64,000 bases of DNA, from NCBI GenBank assembly GCA_051362555.1, contig CM120644.1, positions 19,180,534-19,244,533 on the forward strand. The letters run 5' to 3'. This document shows positions 48,939 through 63,000 of this stretch, one piece after another (positions within the stretch are counted from its first letter, which is position 1; each line of letters opens with the position of its first letter). The stretch comes from Lingula anatina. Taxonomy: Eukaryota > Animalia > Brachiopoda. The notes under the pieces are model-generated. The model was not told the origin of the DNA, did no database searches, and saw only the letters and a list, made by a program, of their open reading frames with translations. The position numbers and the translations under genes were made by a program.

Positions 48939-51606
48939 TGTAATTAGATAAATTATAAAGTTTGAAAGTAAGGCTTTTGTAAATATGTATATAACTATTT
49001 ATGATTTCCGAATTGTTTAAATATTTTGTTTGTTCATATTAAAAATTTTTCAATGTAAATATTTTGTAAATATGTTTTGAATAATTTTGTATATTTTGTT
49101 AAATTGTTTTAAATAATTTTGTATATTTTGTAAATATGTTTTGAAAGTTTTTTTGTTGTTTGTATTGTGTTTGATGTATTGCGCTGTTTTGTGTTTGATG
49201 TATGTGTATTTGCCTGTTTTGCCGTAACGTAGGTAGTTTAGCTGTAACGTAGGTATGGGTAATCTCACAATATCTTTTTAATGATAAAGGTAATGTGACA
49301 TTACCGAACCCATTAACACTTAATCATCCAATGCGGTGTGTCAGAAGGCTTGTAACACAACCGTAAGGTGAGCGGCACATTTCAAAAATTCATACTTTAC
49401 CACCGTTTGCAGTGGACTTTTTTCATTTTAACTTCACGAATCCTTTATTGGGATTAGAGCTTAAATGTCGCTTGTGTTATTAAACAGGCAATGCAAGGGC
49501 TTGCAACCTGAGGGGTCCCTCTGATCTACTATGCACATGTTTCGTTCCGCCTTTTAACAGTTTATACTGTAGATAGGTAGGCGTAATCAGCAAAAGAGAG
49601 AGAGAGAGATCGTAAATTTTGTCAATGAAGCTCACATACAACTCGGAACATGTCCCCCTTATTTACAACGCTTAAATATGTTCACCTTGGCTAAGTCCTG
49701 TATACTATGTGCACCTTATTCAAAATCTTCATTTAAGGTTCGTCTCAACACGATAATCGTGTCTTAATGTCTCCTGTACATCATCGTATACCAAGGCAAT
49801 TCATTAAGAACAATTTAAATTTAAAAAGATCTGTAAAGTTCTGAAATCGTTCCTGTTTCATCACGTTTCTGATGTGATGAATATAGAGACCGTAGCGACC
49901 ATGTCAAGTAGAAACACTGCATTAAACAGGGGGCACATCAGCTCCAAAAAAGATTTAAATTATTAGAAATTAAATCATTATATTAAGTGTTGAATGTGGT
50001 GGTGTGTTGACAACCTTTAACGATATTAATATAACCAGCATAGCTTATGGCCACGCAACAATGCAGTTACTAAGATTTATATAGGTATCAATTTTGCTGT
50101 CTACAACATGACGTGTGAGCTGCTAAAAATCAATGGATACGCTCTAAAAGACACCTTGTCAACATTTCTGTAAATTGCATGCTAACCCCTTTCCAATGTT
50201 CGGGGCTATAACATCTACGATAACGAATAAGTCCAAAGTACATTAGTGTTATGAAATCACTATTAACAATAAGGGTCCACAAAAAAAAAAAAAAACGATG
50301 TTGATAAATCCATTTTAGAATCCACCGAAAATAATCACCGCATCAAATTCATGAAGCCCAGTCCCCGGTTTTAAGAAGGGAGCAAGCATCAATCCAAGAG
50401 AACACGGTGGGGATGTGGGCATTCAGCCTAAAGCACAGTGCAATACCGCGATGTTAAAAGGCGTTCATTAAGTCGGATTATAGCGCGCATCAATTAACAC
50501 CCTGCCGCGCTTGGCGAGGACGAACTCCGGTCTCCAAGGATCACCCGTACAAAAATTTACATATGCGCTCCTCCCCCTGTGCGCTTAGGCCCTGTATGAG
50601 TCCACGTCGCTATTGTTTGCTACCCGCACAGGCTTTTGTCGTTTATCAAAACAACCCATTGTCTCTCAGGGGGCGTGAGTACAGAGTTAATACGTACATA
50701 GTGTATACGCATACGGATTGTCGCGCGAATTATGAGCACAACCAGTACTTCATCTAATGCAAATCTTGACCAGTAGAACTAAGACATGTTTTTATTCTCA
50801 AAGAGACTTAAAACTCAGCATTTATTGGGATCAGAGAAATCTTACTTAAAAATCATTAACTGCATTTAAAAGTCTGAAGCCTACTGGTGCAATTGCTGTG
50901 TAAATCGGAAAAAAAAAGAACTTGCTGCATGGGTGGGATCCACATAATACATTTTGTTTTTTCTATTATGTCTTTCATGTTATACAATTTTATGTCATAT
51001 TTAATGTTATGCAATATATATTATAAAGAAAATACATGTCAAATGGATGAGATCCTTTGTGTATTTGTTACTAGTTATTTGTGTTTTATTATAATAACCT
51101 TATTTATCTATTGTAATTAAACATGAACATACTGGAATATAAAAGCAAAAGTGTAGTTATCAATAATTCAGCCATTTGGAAGGGTATGTGAATGAGTGTT
51201 TATGTGTGTAACTGAGTATAGTTAAATGTTTGTTCAATGTATAGTTCATTTCTTAAGTTTAATAGAAGGCATTTAAAAACAAATTTAATTTAAAAATTGG
51301 AGATAAATTTGAATCAGAAATCAAATGTTGGTGTATTTCATTTATTGTACATAAAAGTCAAGTGCTGGCTTCTTACCCCACATTTCAAATGCCTTAAAGC
51401 AAGAATCATTATATTATGTTTTTTAAAACTTTTTAATTAAAAGATTCCCACTGGATATATTTGTTACCCTTGAAAGCCACTAATTTATTTCTCTGAGATA
51501 CATGAAATGTCCATATTTTTTAGCATGATCTGTGAAGCACCTCATTCCTGTGACTTGTAAATGCAACTTTTTATTCTTTGTCCTTCATGAGATGAAGTAT
51601 TTTACC

Positions 51607-54270
51607 TGGTGATTCATGATTTTCAGGATTTTTAACAGCATTGTCAGTGAGATATGCATTAAGTTTTGCATACTGTGATTTTTAAATTGACTTTATTTCC
51701 CGTCAACTGTGATCACCCCTCCCCAATGCTACCCTCAATTAAGAAATGAAAGAAAAACAAAACACATTTGATTACACAAAATTAATATTTCATTGTAAAA
51801 TTAAGAGAATAACATTTGAAATTTTAAACTGGCTGCTACAGAAGCAATAGTAGTTCTGCAATGATGACCCTAAAAAATGAGAAGATGAAAATATTAAAAT
51901 ATAATTCAGTTTAAATGTATTATCTTAAAATGTTGACAGTAACTCTCCAACCAGCAGCTTCTGGCTGCTATCATATAATTATGTACAGGTTTTACCAGCT
52001 GTTTGACATAGTGTACCTCTTAAAAACTGAAAGTTTACTTAGTTATGATGCCATCAAAACAAGGAAACAAACAAAAGAACTTCCTTGTGACTGTATAATG
52101 AATCTGTTCTTTTTTAAAATGCTGTCAAATTTCTAAATATTGGGAGTGATTAGATTTATTTAATAACAACAACAAAAATAACAACAACAATAATAATAAC
52201 CATTTATGTTCTTGATCTTTGTCTGAAGCAAGACGTGAAAAGACTTTTTAAATCCTCTCCACCTAGATGGGCGACTGTCCTTGGGAGCTAAAATATATGA
52301 CTCAATATTAACTTACTAATATGCAATAATACATAACCTTCAATACGTAGTGCACCACATAATTTCATGCATGCAACTGTACTGAAAATCCTTTACAATT
52401 ATTTAGGATAAACAAATTGGGCAAGTAAAACTTGAATAAAGCCCATAATGTGTTTACACATCAAATAGGCAGTGTAAGTGTGTGAGTGTGTGTGTGTGCG
52501 TGTGTGTGCATGCACAATCACATTCCGTCAGTGTAATAAATAAATCCCTATTCTATTGATCCTGCTATCTTACCTCTCTCTTTCATGTCCTCTGTCAGGG
52601 TTGTTGTGTCATTGATACTGACTGAAGAAAGACAAAAAAACAAATTAAACATCCCATACATGTGTGCACAACAAAGATTCAATACATTACTGAACATAGT
52701 CAAAGATACATTGAAAGATTTAGATAACTGAACAGTGAATTTTAACTCAGTGTTTGTGTGAGTCTCCACCCTAAAGTCCATCTGTGTGTGTTTACACTTC
52801 TTTAATTTTGTTAAATGAGTTCCTGTTAATTGACCTTACTGTCTTACCTTTTTCTTTGATGCCCTCAGCATCTGGCACAGTCGATGTGTCTTTGATATCA
52901 GCTAAAGAAAAAATTACATCAATTAAAAACTTTACATTCCATATTTGTGCAATAGGATTCAGCATTACAAAGACACATTCAAAGACTTAATTAGCTTTAA
53001 GAATAAATAAATTATCTTCTTAAGCTAAAGACCAGACTTTGTTTGAGGAACATGCTTGCAGTGTGTAATGAAGGTGTGTGAATGTGTGTTTGTTAGTGTA
53101 TGTGTGTGTGCACACGTTTCATAAGTATATTAAAAGTCAATTTTACTGAAATCCCTGTCTTACCTAGCTTCTCAATACTTAGGGTCTTAATACTACTGCT
53201 TCATTGTTCTCTTCTTTGGTATCACCTGAAAGAATAGAATTGAATTGAATTTTAAAGATAACATTATGTGTGTTCAATCTTTACACAGCAAAAGCATTAA
53301 TTTTTAAGAAGATAAATATAATTTTAATAATTATAATTTTAATATAATTTTATAAATATATACAATTACTAATAAATCAAATACTTAAACATGCCAGACT
53401 TTAAATTTTCTTTTTCAATTTCAAAGAAAATCATTTTTACCTTAGATCATTACTTTTGTAAAAAGATATAATACTTACATTTTGTGGCTTTATGAATTTT
53501 CATTCTATTTTTGAGCCCTTTGGCAGGAGAAACTCTGCCCTTAGAGACGGGACACCCATGCTGGTGATCCTTGACATGTTAATGCCACGCTGGGTGTCCC
53601 AGCCTCCAAGGGCAGTTCCCCTGCCCACCACTTTTGCTTTCAACAGGTTTTCTCTCAAAATTAGTCTGACAGTGGCTTTGGCTGTTCAAAAAAGTAAAAT
53701 AGAAAGAAATCCTATCAATATATCTTTTTGATAATTTCACTACAGGCATCCAAATTGACCACTTAATTAAAGTAAATAAAGTATGGGATATCTTACTTTC
53801 ATATTACAAAGAAATTAATTAGTTGTTTTAGGCCCACTGTAATGTAATGCCAGCCCATTTATCAAAAACATACAGTCAAACAAACAAACAAACACACAAC
53901 TTACAAGCACACTGTTCTTTTTTGTTTATTTCAATCTCCATATCAGATGTCATCTGCAATTAGTATAATTTAATAAATGAAATTTTAGTTAAACAAGATA
54001 CAAATAATAGATTTCTGTATCTTCATTTGATAGTTTTTGTATAAAAAAAAAACATTTGTACCATTACAAGAATGATCATCAAAACGTTAATTGTGTGACA
54101 AGAAATTTTCAAGAATTTCGTTTAGAATGTTAAATAATCATTAAGAAATCATGAACAACACTGTAAAAAGGCGGTATGTGGGCTTACTTTAAACTTGATA
54201 CAGGATTTCAGTTTGGAATAAAAAATAAAACTTACCAGCGACTGTGTAGACATTGTCTCTTTGCTTTGTT
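51607..54270 (-). pseudogene. Series of short GT-AG bounded exon-like segments of an unidentified decayed gene
   Basis: Repeated TTAC...CT boundaries at ~51607-51733, 52573-52622, 52847-52901, 53164-53226, 53480-53682 and 53905-53953. The longest reads KATVRLILRENLLKAKVVGRGTALGG...; stops are present. Confidence 0.4.
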
Positions 54271-54389
54271 TACAAAACAATAAATAAGAATAATTATTGT
54301 ATAAAGAAATTTCATTGGACAGCTCCTGTATTGTTTCCTTAACTTTTAACCAATCAGATTGAAGCTCTCGGCCTTGTGTCTTTCTGATA

Positions 54390-55010
54390 AATTACAAATC
54401 ACAATATACATCAATGTCTGCACCCTGGTAATATCTATTGCAGTGCCAGAACCTTTTCCCTCCTCGCACAAGTTCCTTAGAAAGCAGGCGTTGAACCTGT
54501 TGCTGATACTGGCCGCAGTCCATTACAAATCCAGAGTCTCACCTCTTGCACAGCGCCATCTATACTAAACAATATTTATATGGCGAATGCGAAGGGTGTT
54601 GCTTAAAAGCCGAGATTTTCATCAAACATTCTGTACACTGGATGTTACCTTCCATCAGGACACTTACCTTCGATGGTTCTGTTATAGATCCTAATGGCAA
54701 ACTTAATCGGTGAGTTCAGGATGAGACATCTGAAGTGAAGAACACATACGGTATCGACTGTGTCAGTTGTTCACTGTTCACATCACGATGCAATGTGCTT
54801 GTGAAGGTTTTACAATTGTGCATCAGAATGTTGACGCTGCAGTTTAAAAGTGCTTTTGGAAAACTGACAAGACTGCACATCGTCAGCTTTTTGAAGTTTT
54901 GCCACTCTCTTTACATCTGTAGATGCTCAATGGCTTATGAAGGTGAGATAATTAACTGGAGAACTGACGTATCTTTTAATATATAAGAAGACCTTGTTCC
55001 TCTTCAGCCT
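54390..55010 (-). mobile_element. Possible highly degenerate non-LTR retrotransposon relic
   Basis: A GC-richer block with fragmentary KFAIR and CG...NAC..EG...WH-like words, suggestive of RLE-type LINE C-termini. Many stops. Confidence 0.3.
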
Positions 55011-55196
55011 TGACTTACAACAACACTTTATTTTGTAAGTTTTATATATTTATTTCTTCACAGTTAATATGATGTACACATGTAGTAAACCTACTAAAAT
55101 TACTCTAATATTCTGGATCTTAAGGAAAAAGCCTCAGATCACTGACTTTTTTGTCATTTTCAATCATTCATCTGACCACAATGTATGTATACTATA

Positions 55197-56643
55197 GGAC
55201 TCCTGGAGGCACAGGACTATACTGCCACAATGGAGCACAATGACTCCAGACTTCTACACTGTCCTAGGAGGAACAGGACTATACTGCCACAATGGAACAC
55301 AATGACTCCAGACTTCTACACTGTACTAGGAGGCACAGGACTATACTGCCACAATGGAACACAATGACTCCAGACTTCTACACTGTACTAGGAGGCACAG
55401 GACTATACTGCCACAATGGAACACAATGACTCCAGACTACTTCACTGTACTAGGAGGCACAGGACTATATTGCCACAATGGAACACAATGACTCCAGACT
55501 TCTACACTGTACTAGGAGGCACAGGACTATACTGCCACAATGGAACACAATGACTCCAGACTACTACACTGTACTAGGAGGCAGAGGACTATACTGCTTG
55601 CGTAGAGAATGTGAAGACAGACATTTCAGCCAGTGAACAAAATGTTCTCAGCAAAAGAACAGCCAAAATCACCAGATTTAAGGAGATCTCAAAGAGTAAG
55701 GAAAATCCCTGAAAGATTCAAGGATTTTGTGTTATAAAAGTGTTTAGTTAGCTACCAAGTGGTAAAGACTTGACTTAGAGAGTGATGTTCTGGCAACCTC
55801 TCCTCTCTTGTATAGGACTAAATTTTTATCTCTTTCTCAAAGTAATTCAAACTGTACATGTGACAGTGAACACTAAGATCACAAAATACAGTAAATGACT
55901 TCAATCATTTTTTTTTAGAGACATTGATTTGTAAGAACAGCACTTAAAGTTTCATGTTTGTATTAAAAAAATGAGAGAAAGACAATAACACTGCTACAAT
56001 TTAAGTGATTTTATTCAAGAATCAGTAACCAGTGGATCAGTGACTGCTTATGTTTCTCATTTTCAAAGACTGTTACATGTAAATCACGAAGACTTTTGTG
56101 AGAGACTGTCAGACACTGCACATATATTATTATTATTTTCAGTTTACTTTTCAACCCCAGGTAAAAGTAATTCAAGGTGGGGAAGGATGTAATGTAGTAG
56201 TTTGACTTTATGCGTGTGTTACATCTTATATGTAGATCTTACGTCATCAGTTTTACACATGATGAGTTAGTATAAATGGAATAAAGAGCACATGGTCTCT
56301 TAAAACACCGGCTACTCTAGTCACTTTATTATAACTACTACACTGTACTAGGAGACACATGACTATACTGCCACAATGTAACACAATGACTCCAGACTAC
56401 TACACTGCACTAGGAGACACATGACTATACTGCCACAATGGAACACAATGACTCCAGACTACTACACTGTACTAGGAGACACAGGACTATACTGCCACAA
56501 TGGAACACAATGACTCCAGACTACTACACTGTACTAGGAGACACAGGACTTATTACCACAATGGAACTCAATGACTCCAGACTACTACACTGCACTGGGG
56601 GGCACAGGACTATGCTGCCACAATAGAACGCAATGACTCCAGA
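55197..56643. repeat. 62-bp minisatellite in two blocks (55197-55597, about 6.5 units; 56334-56643, about 5 units)
   Basis: AGGAGGCACAGGACTATACTGCCACAATGGAACACAATGACTCCAGACTTCTACACTGTACT recurs at 55328, 55390, 55452 and onward. Confidence 0.95.
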
Positions 56644-57099
56644 ATAATTTCCAATATGGTTATATAAGAGCATGCATTGCATATATTAAATGTTTCTACA
56701 CAGATCACATTGTTTTCTGAATCTTTACAGCCTTTCAGCAAGTTTTTCGTCTTTTATAATGTAATACCTGATATTTAGGTGAATTTGTGCTGCTACTGAT
56801 GTGAGACTTTTTATTTAAATCCCTTGGGCATTTTATTGCTTTGTCAAAGAAACTGAAAACCAGTTTTAAGACACTAAAAAATTAAGAAGATTGTTTTAAA
56901 GATGTTTTTTTATCATCTTCCAGCCAGAAGGATGGCCAAGTCCATCAGAGTGAACAGAGGAAACAGTCAACAGGTAAATTAAATATGTGGATCTATCGTA
57001 AATGAAAACTTATGGACAAAAAATAAAAAAGTAAAATTATCAAATCATATTTGAATCTACATGTATTCAAATTCTTAATTTTGTTTACGATTTGTTTTT

Positions 57100-60000
57100 G
57101 TCAATTCGTACTCTTCTAATGATCAATTTCCCGTAAACCTGACACTAAGAAAAAGACAGACATCTGATCAGTTCTTTCAGTTATATTGTTCTTGTTCCAG
57201 AGTACCCTTACCATGAAAAAGCAGGCAGTGAAAGACAGCACCAAGAGCAGCAGTATGTCTTATCCATGTGTACAATACATGATATTTGGCAAGAGTAAGG
57301 ACATTGTCAAATATTGTGATAACAACAACCCCTTCCAGAAACCCATTGTTAGGAGTAATCTGCATCTGACATTGGTAGTAAGGAGAAGTCTTGTATGAGT
57401 ATATATTGTTTTCCAGATGACAGTTATAGGTAATATGTTTTGGTTTATTCTCCCTCTTCTGATGATGAATTTCTAATAAACTTGACACTTAAAAAATAAC
57501 ATAGATAGCTGATCAGTTTATCACAGATTTTTATTGTTGTTAAGCATCATTTGTTCAAATTTCAGAAATATTGGCCAATATTTGACAAAATGATTAATGT
57601 TTAACTATTCTAAGCCATTAAATTTGCCAGTCTTTTAGAGGTAATTTTCAGTTTTCCCAAACATATTGTCCAAAAAAAAAAAAACACTTTTGGTTAAACA
57701 TAGTCACCTGATCAGCATCTCACAGATTTAAATTGCTGTTAAGCATCATTTGTACAAATATCAGAAATATTGGACCGGATTTTACTAAATTATTAACGTT
57801 AAACTATTTTAAGTCATTGAATTTGCCAGTCTTTTCAATGTAATTTTCAGTTCTTTCAGTTATATTGTTCTTTTTCCAGAGTACCCTTACAATGAAGAAG
57901 CAGGCAGTGAAATACAGCACGAAGAGCAGCACTATGTCTTATCCATGTGACAATACATGATATTTGGAAAGATTTAGGACATTGTCAAATATTGTGATAA
58001 CAACAACCGCTTCCAGAATCCCATTGTTACAGTAAGGATTAATCTTCATCTGCCATTGGTAGTAAGGAGAAGTCTTCTATGGGTATATATTGTTTTCTAG
58101 ATGACAATTATAGGTAATTTGCAACCTCTTACACAAACAACCTCAAATCATCACATTTGCTGTTTTCTTTCAGAGAAAATAATACATTGCAATATTGAAA
58201 TATTTGTTTGATTTATTCTCACTCTTCTGATGATCAATTTCCCATTAACTTTACCATTAGAAAAGGACACAGACAACTGATCAGCTTATCACAGATTTTT
58301 ATTGTTGTTAAGCATCATTTGTACAAATTTCAGAAATATTGGAACATTTTTGACAAAATTATTAGCGTTTAACTATTTTAAGTCTTACGATTTCCCAGTC
58401 TCTTCAATATAATTTTTAATTTTCCTAAATATATTGTCCTAAAAAACACTTTTCATTAGATTCAGTCAACTGACCAGGTTATTACAGATTTTTATTGTTG
58501 TTAAGCATCATTTGCTCAAATTTCAGAAATATTAGAACATTTTTGACAAAATTATTAATGTTTAACTATTTTAAGGCCTGCGATTTGCCAGTCTTTTCAA
58601 TGCAATTTTTAGTTTTCCCAAATATATTGTCCCAAAAAACGCTTTTCATTTGTCACAGTCAACTGATCAGCTGATCACTGATTTTTATTATTGTTCAGCA
58701 TCATTTGTACAAATTTCAGAAATATTGGACCAGATTTTACAAAATTATTAACGTTTAACTATTTTTAAGTCATGGAATTTTGCACTGTTAATTTTCAGTG
58801 TAATATTCAGTTTTCTCAAATATATCATCCGAAGACAATACTTTTCATTAGACATAGTCAACTGATCAGCTTATCACAGATTTTTATTGATGTTAATTAT
58901 CATTTCTTTAAATTTCATAAACATTGGACAAGATTTGACAAAATTATTAATGTTTAACTATTTTAAGGCCTGCAATTTGCCAGTCTCTTCAATGTAATTT
59001 TCAGTTTTCCCAAATGTATTGTCCAAAAAAACACTTTTCATTAAACATAGTCAACTGATCAGCTTCTCTCAGATTTTAATTGTTGTTAAATATTATTTGT
59101 ACAAATTTCATAAACATTAGACAAGATTTGACAAAATTATTAATGTTTAACTATTTTAAGGCCTGCGATTTGCCAGTCTTTTCAATGTAATTTTCAGTTT
59201 TCCCAAATATTTTGTCAAAAAAAAAAAAAAAAAAAAACACTTTTCATTAGTCACAGTCAACTAATCAGCTTATCACAGATTTTTATTGATGTTAATTATC
59301 ATTTGTTCAAATTTCATAAACATTGGACAAGATTTGACAAAATTATTAATGTTTAACTATTATAAGGCCTGCAATTTGCCAGTCTCTTCAATGTAATTTT
59401 TAGTTTTCCCAAATATATTGTCCCAAAAAACACTTTTCATTTGTCACAGTCAACTGATCAGCTTATCACAGATTTTTATTGATGTTAATTATCATTTGTT
59501 CCTATTTCATAAACATTGGACAAGATTTGACAAAATTATTAATGTTTTACTATTATAAGGCCTGCGATTTGCCAGTCTTTTCAATGCAATTTTTAGTTTT
59601 CCCAAATATATTGTCCCAAAAAGCACTTTTCATTTGTCACAGTCAACTGATCAGCTGATCACAGATTTTTATTGTTGTTAAGCATCATTTGTTCAAAGTT
59701 CAGAAATATTGGTCTAGATTTGACAAAATTATTAATGTTTAACTATTTTAAATCATTGAATTTGCCAGTCTTTTCAATGTAATTTTCAGTTCTTTCAGTT
59801 ATATTGTTCTTTTTCCAGAGTACCCTTACCATGAAAAAGCAGGCAGTGAAAGACAACACCAAGAGCAGCACTATGTCTTATCCATGTGACAATACATGAT
59901 ATTTGGCAAGATTTAGGACATTATCAAATATTGTGATAACAACAACCGCTTCCAGAATCCCATTGTTACAGTAAGGATTTATCTGCATCTGGCATTGGTA

Positions 60001-63000
60001 GTAAGGAGAAGTCTTGTATGGGTATATATTGTTTTCCAGATGACAGTTATAGGTATGGGTATATATTGTTTTCCAGATGACAGTTATAGGTAATTTGCAA
60101 CTTCTTACACAAACAACCTCAAATCATCAACAACCTCAATCACATTTGCTGTTTTCTTTCAGAGTAAATAATACGTTGCAATATAGAAATGTTTGTTTTG
60201 GTTAATTCTCACTCTTGTGATGATCAATTTCCAGTAAACTTGACACTTAAAAAAAGACACAGACAACTGATCAGTTTTTCCCAGGTTTTTATTGTTGTTA
60301 AGCATCATTTGTACAGATTTCAGAAACATTGGACAATTTTCTTTAAAATTATTAACATTTAACTATTTTAAGTTGTGGAATTTTTGCATTGTTAATTTTC
60401 AGTGTAATATTCAGTTTTCTCAAATATATCATCCAAAGACAAGACTTTTCATTAGATACAGACAACTGATCAGCTTATCACAGATTTTTATTGTTGTTAA
60501 GCATCATTTGTACAAATTTTAGAAATATTGGACAAGATTAGACAAAATTATTAATGTTTAACTATTTTAAGTCATTGAATTTGCCAGTCTTTTCAATGTA
60601 ATTTTCAGTATATATTGTCCCCAAAAACAATTTTCATTAAACATAGACAACTGATCAGCTTATCACAGATTTTTATTATTGTTAAGCATCATTGTTACAA
60701 ATATCAGAAATATTCTACTAGATTTGACAAAATTATTAACGTTTAACAATTTTAAGGGCTGCGATTTGCCAGTTTTTTCAATTTAGTTTTCAGTTTTCCC
60801 AAATATATTGTCCTAAAAAACACTTTTCATTAGACATAGTCAACTGATTAGCTTATCACTGATTTTTATTGTTGTTAAGCATCATTTGTATGAATATCAG
60901 AAATATTGGACAAGATTTGACAAAATTATTAACATTTAACTATTTTAAGTCACTGAATTTGCCATTCTTTTCAATGTAATTTTCAGTTCTTTCAGTTATA
61001 TTGATCTTGTTCCAGAGTACCCTTACAATGAAAAAGCAGGCAGTAAAAGACAGTACCAAGAGTAGCAATATGTCTTATCCATGTGACAATACATGATATT
61101 TGGTAAGATTTAGGACATTGTCAAATATTGTGATAACAACAACCCCTTCCCGAAAACCATTGTAAAGAGTAATCTGCATCTGGCATTGGTAGTAAGGAGA
61201 AGTCTTGTATGGGTATATATTGTTTTCCAGATGACAGTAATAGGTAATTTGCAACCTCTTACAGAAACAACCTCAAATCATCACATTTGCTGTTTTCTTT
61301 CAGAGAAAATAATACATTGCAATATTGAAATATTTGTTTGATTTATTCTCACTCTTCTGATGATCAATTTCCCATTAACTTTACCATTAGAAAAGAACAC
61401 AGACAACTGATCAGCTTATCACAGATTTTTATTGTTGTTAAGCATCATTTGTACAAATTTCAGAAATATTGGAACATTTTTGACAAAATTATTAGCGTTT
61501 AACTATTTAAGTCTTACGATTTCCCAGTCTCTTCAATATAATTTTTAATTTTCCTAAATATATTGTCCTAAAAAACACTTTTCATTAGATTCAGTCAACT
61601 GACTAGGTTATTACAGATTTTTATTGTTGTTAAGCATCATTTGCTCAAATTTCAGAAATATTAGAACATTTTTGACAAAATTATTAATGTTTAACTATTT
61701 TAAGGCCTGCGATTTGCCAGTCTTTTCAATGCAATTTTTAGTTTTCCCAAATATATTGTCCCAAAAAACACTTTTCATTTGTCACAGTCAACTGATCAGC
61801 TGATCACAGATTTTTATTGTTGTTCAGCATCATTTGTACAAATTTCAGAAATATTGGACCAGATTTTACAAAATTATTAACGTTTAACTATTTTTAAGTC
61901 ATGGAATTTTGCACTGTTAATTTTCAGTGTAATATTCAGTTTTCTCAAATATATCATCCGAAGACAATACTTTTCATTAGACATAGTCAACTGATCAGCT
62001 TATCACAGATTTTTATTGATGTTAATTATCATTTCTTTAAAGATCATAAACATTGGACAAGATTTGACAAAATTATTAATGTTTAACTATTTTAAGGCCT
62101 GCAATTTGCCAGTCTCTTCAATGTAATTTTCAGTTTCCCAAATATATTGTCCAAATAAACACTTTTCATTAAACATAGTCAACTGATCAGCTTCTCTCAG
62201 ATTTTAATTGTTGTTAAATATTATTTGTACAAATTTCATAAACATTAGACAAGATTTGACAAAATTATTAATGTTTAACTATTTTAAGGCCTGCGATTTG
62301 CCAGTCTTTTCAATGTAATTTTCAGTTTTCCCAAATATTTTGTCAAAAAAAAAAAAAAAAAAAAAAACACTTTTCATTAGTCACAGTCAACTAATCAGCT
62401 TATCACAGATTTTTATTGATGTTAATTATCATTTGTTCAAATTTCATAAACATTGGACAAGATTTAACAAAATTATTAATGTTTAACTATTTTAAGGCCT
62501 GCGATTTGCCAGTTTTTTCAATGCAATTTTCAGTTTTCCCAAATATATCCCCAAAAAAGCTTTTCTTTAGTCACAGTCAACTGATTAGCTTATCACAGAT
62601 TTTCATTCTTGTTAATAACCATTTGTTTAAATTTCAGAAATAATGAACAAGATTTAACAAAATTATTAATGTTTAACTATTTAAAGGCCTGAGATTTGTC
62701 AGTCTTTTCAATGTAATTTTCAGTGTTCCAAAATATATTTTCACAAAAAACACTATTCAGTAGATATAGTCAATTGATCAGCTTATCACATATTTTTATT
62801 GTTGTTAAGCATCATTTGTACAAATTTCAGAAATGTTAGACAAGATTTGACAAAATTATTAACGTATAACTATTTTAAGTCCTGCAATTTCCCCGTCTTT
62901 CCAATGTAATTTTTAGTTTTCCCGAATATGTATTGTCCTAAAAAACACTTTTCAGTAGATACAGTCAACTGATCAGATTATCACAGGTTTTTAATGTTGT

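Noticed and set aside
55197-56643. CRISPR-like regular repeats
   Set aside because: Units are contiguous 62-bp tandem copies with no unique spacers, in a eukaryotic context with no cas genes.
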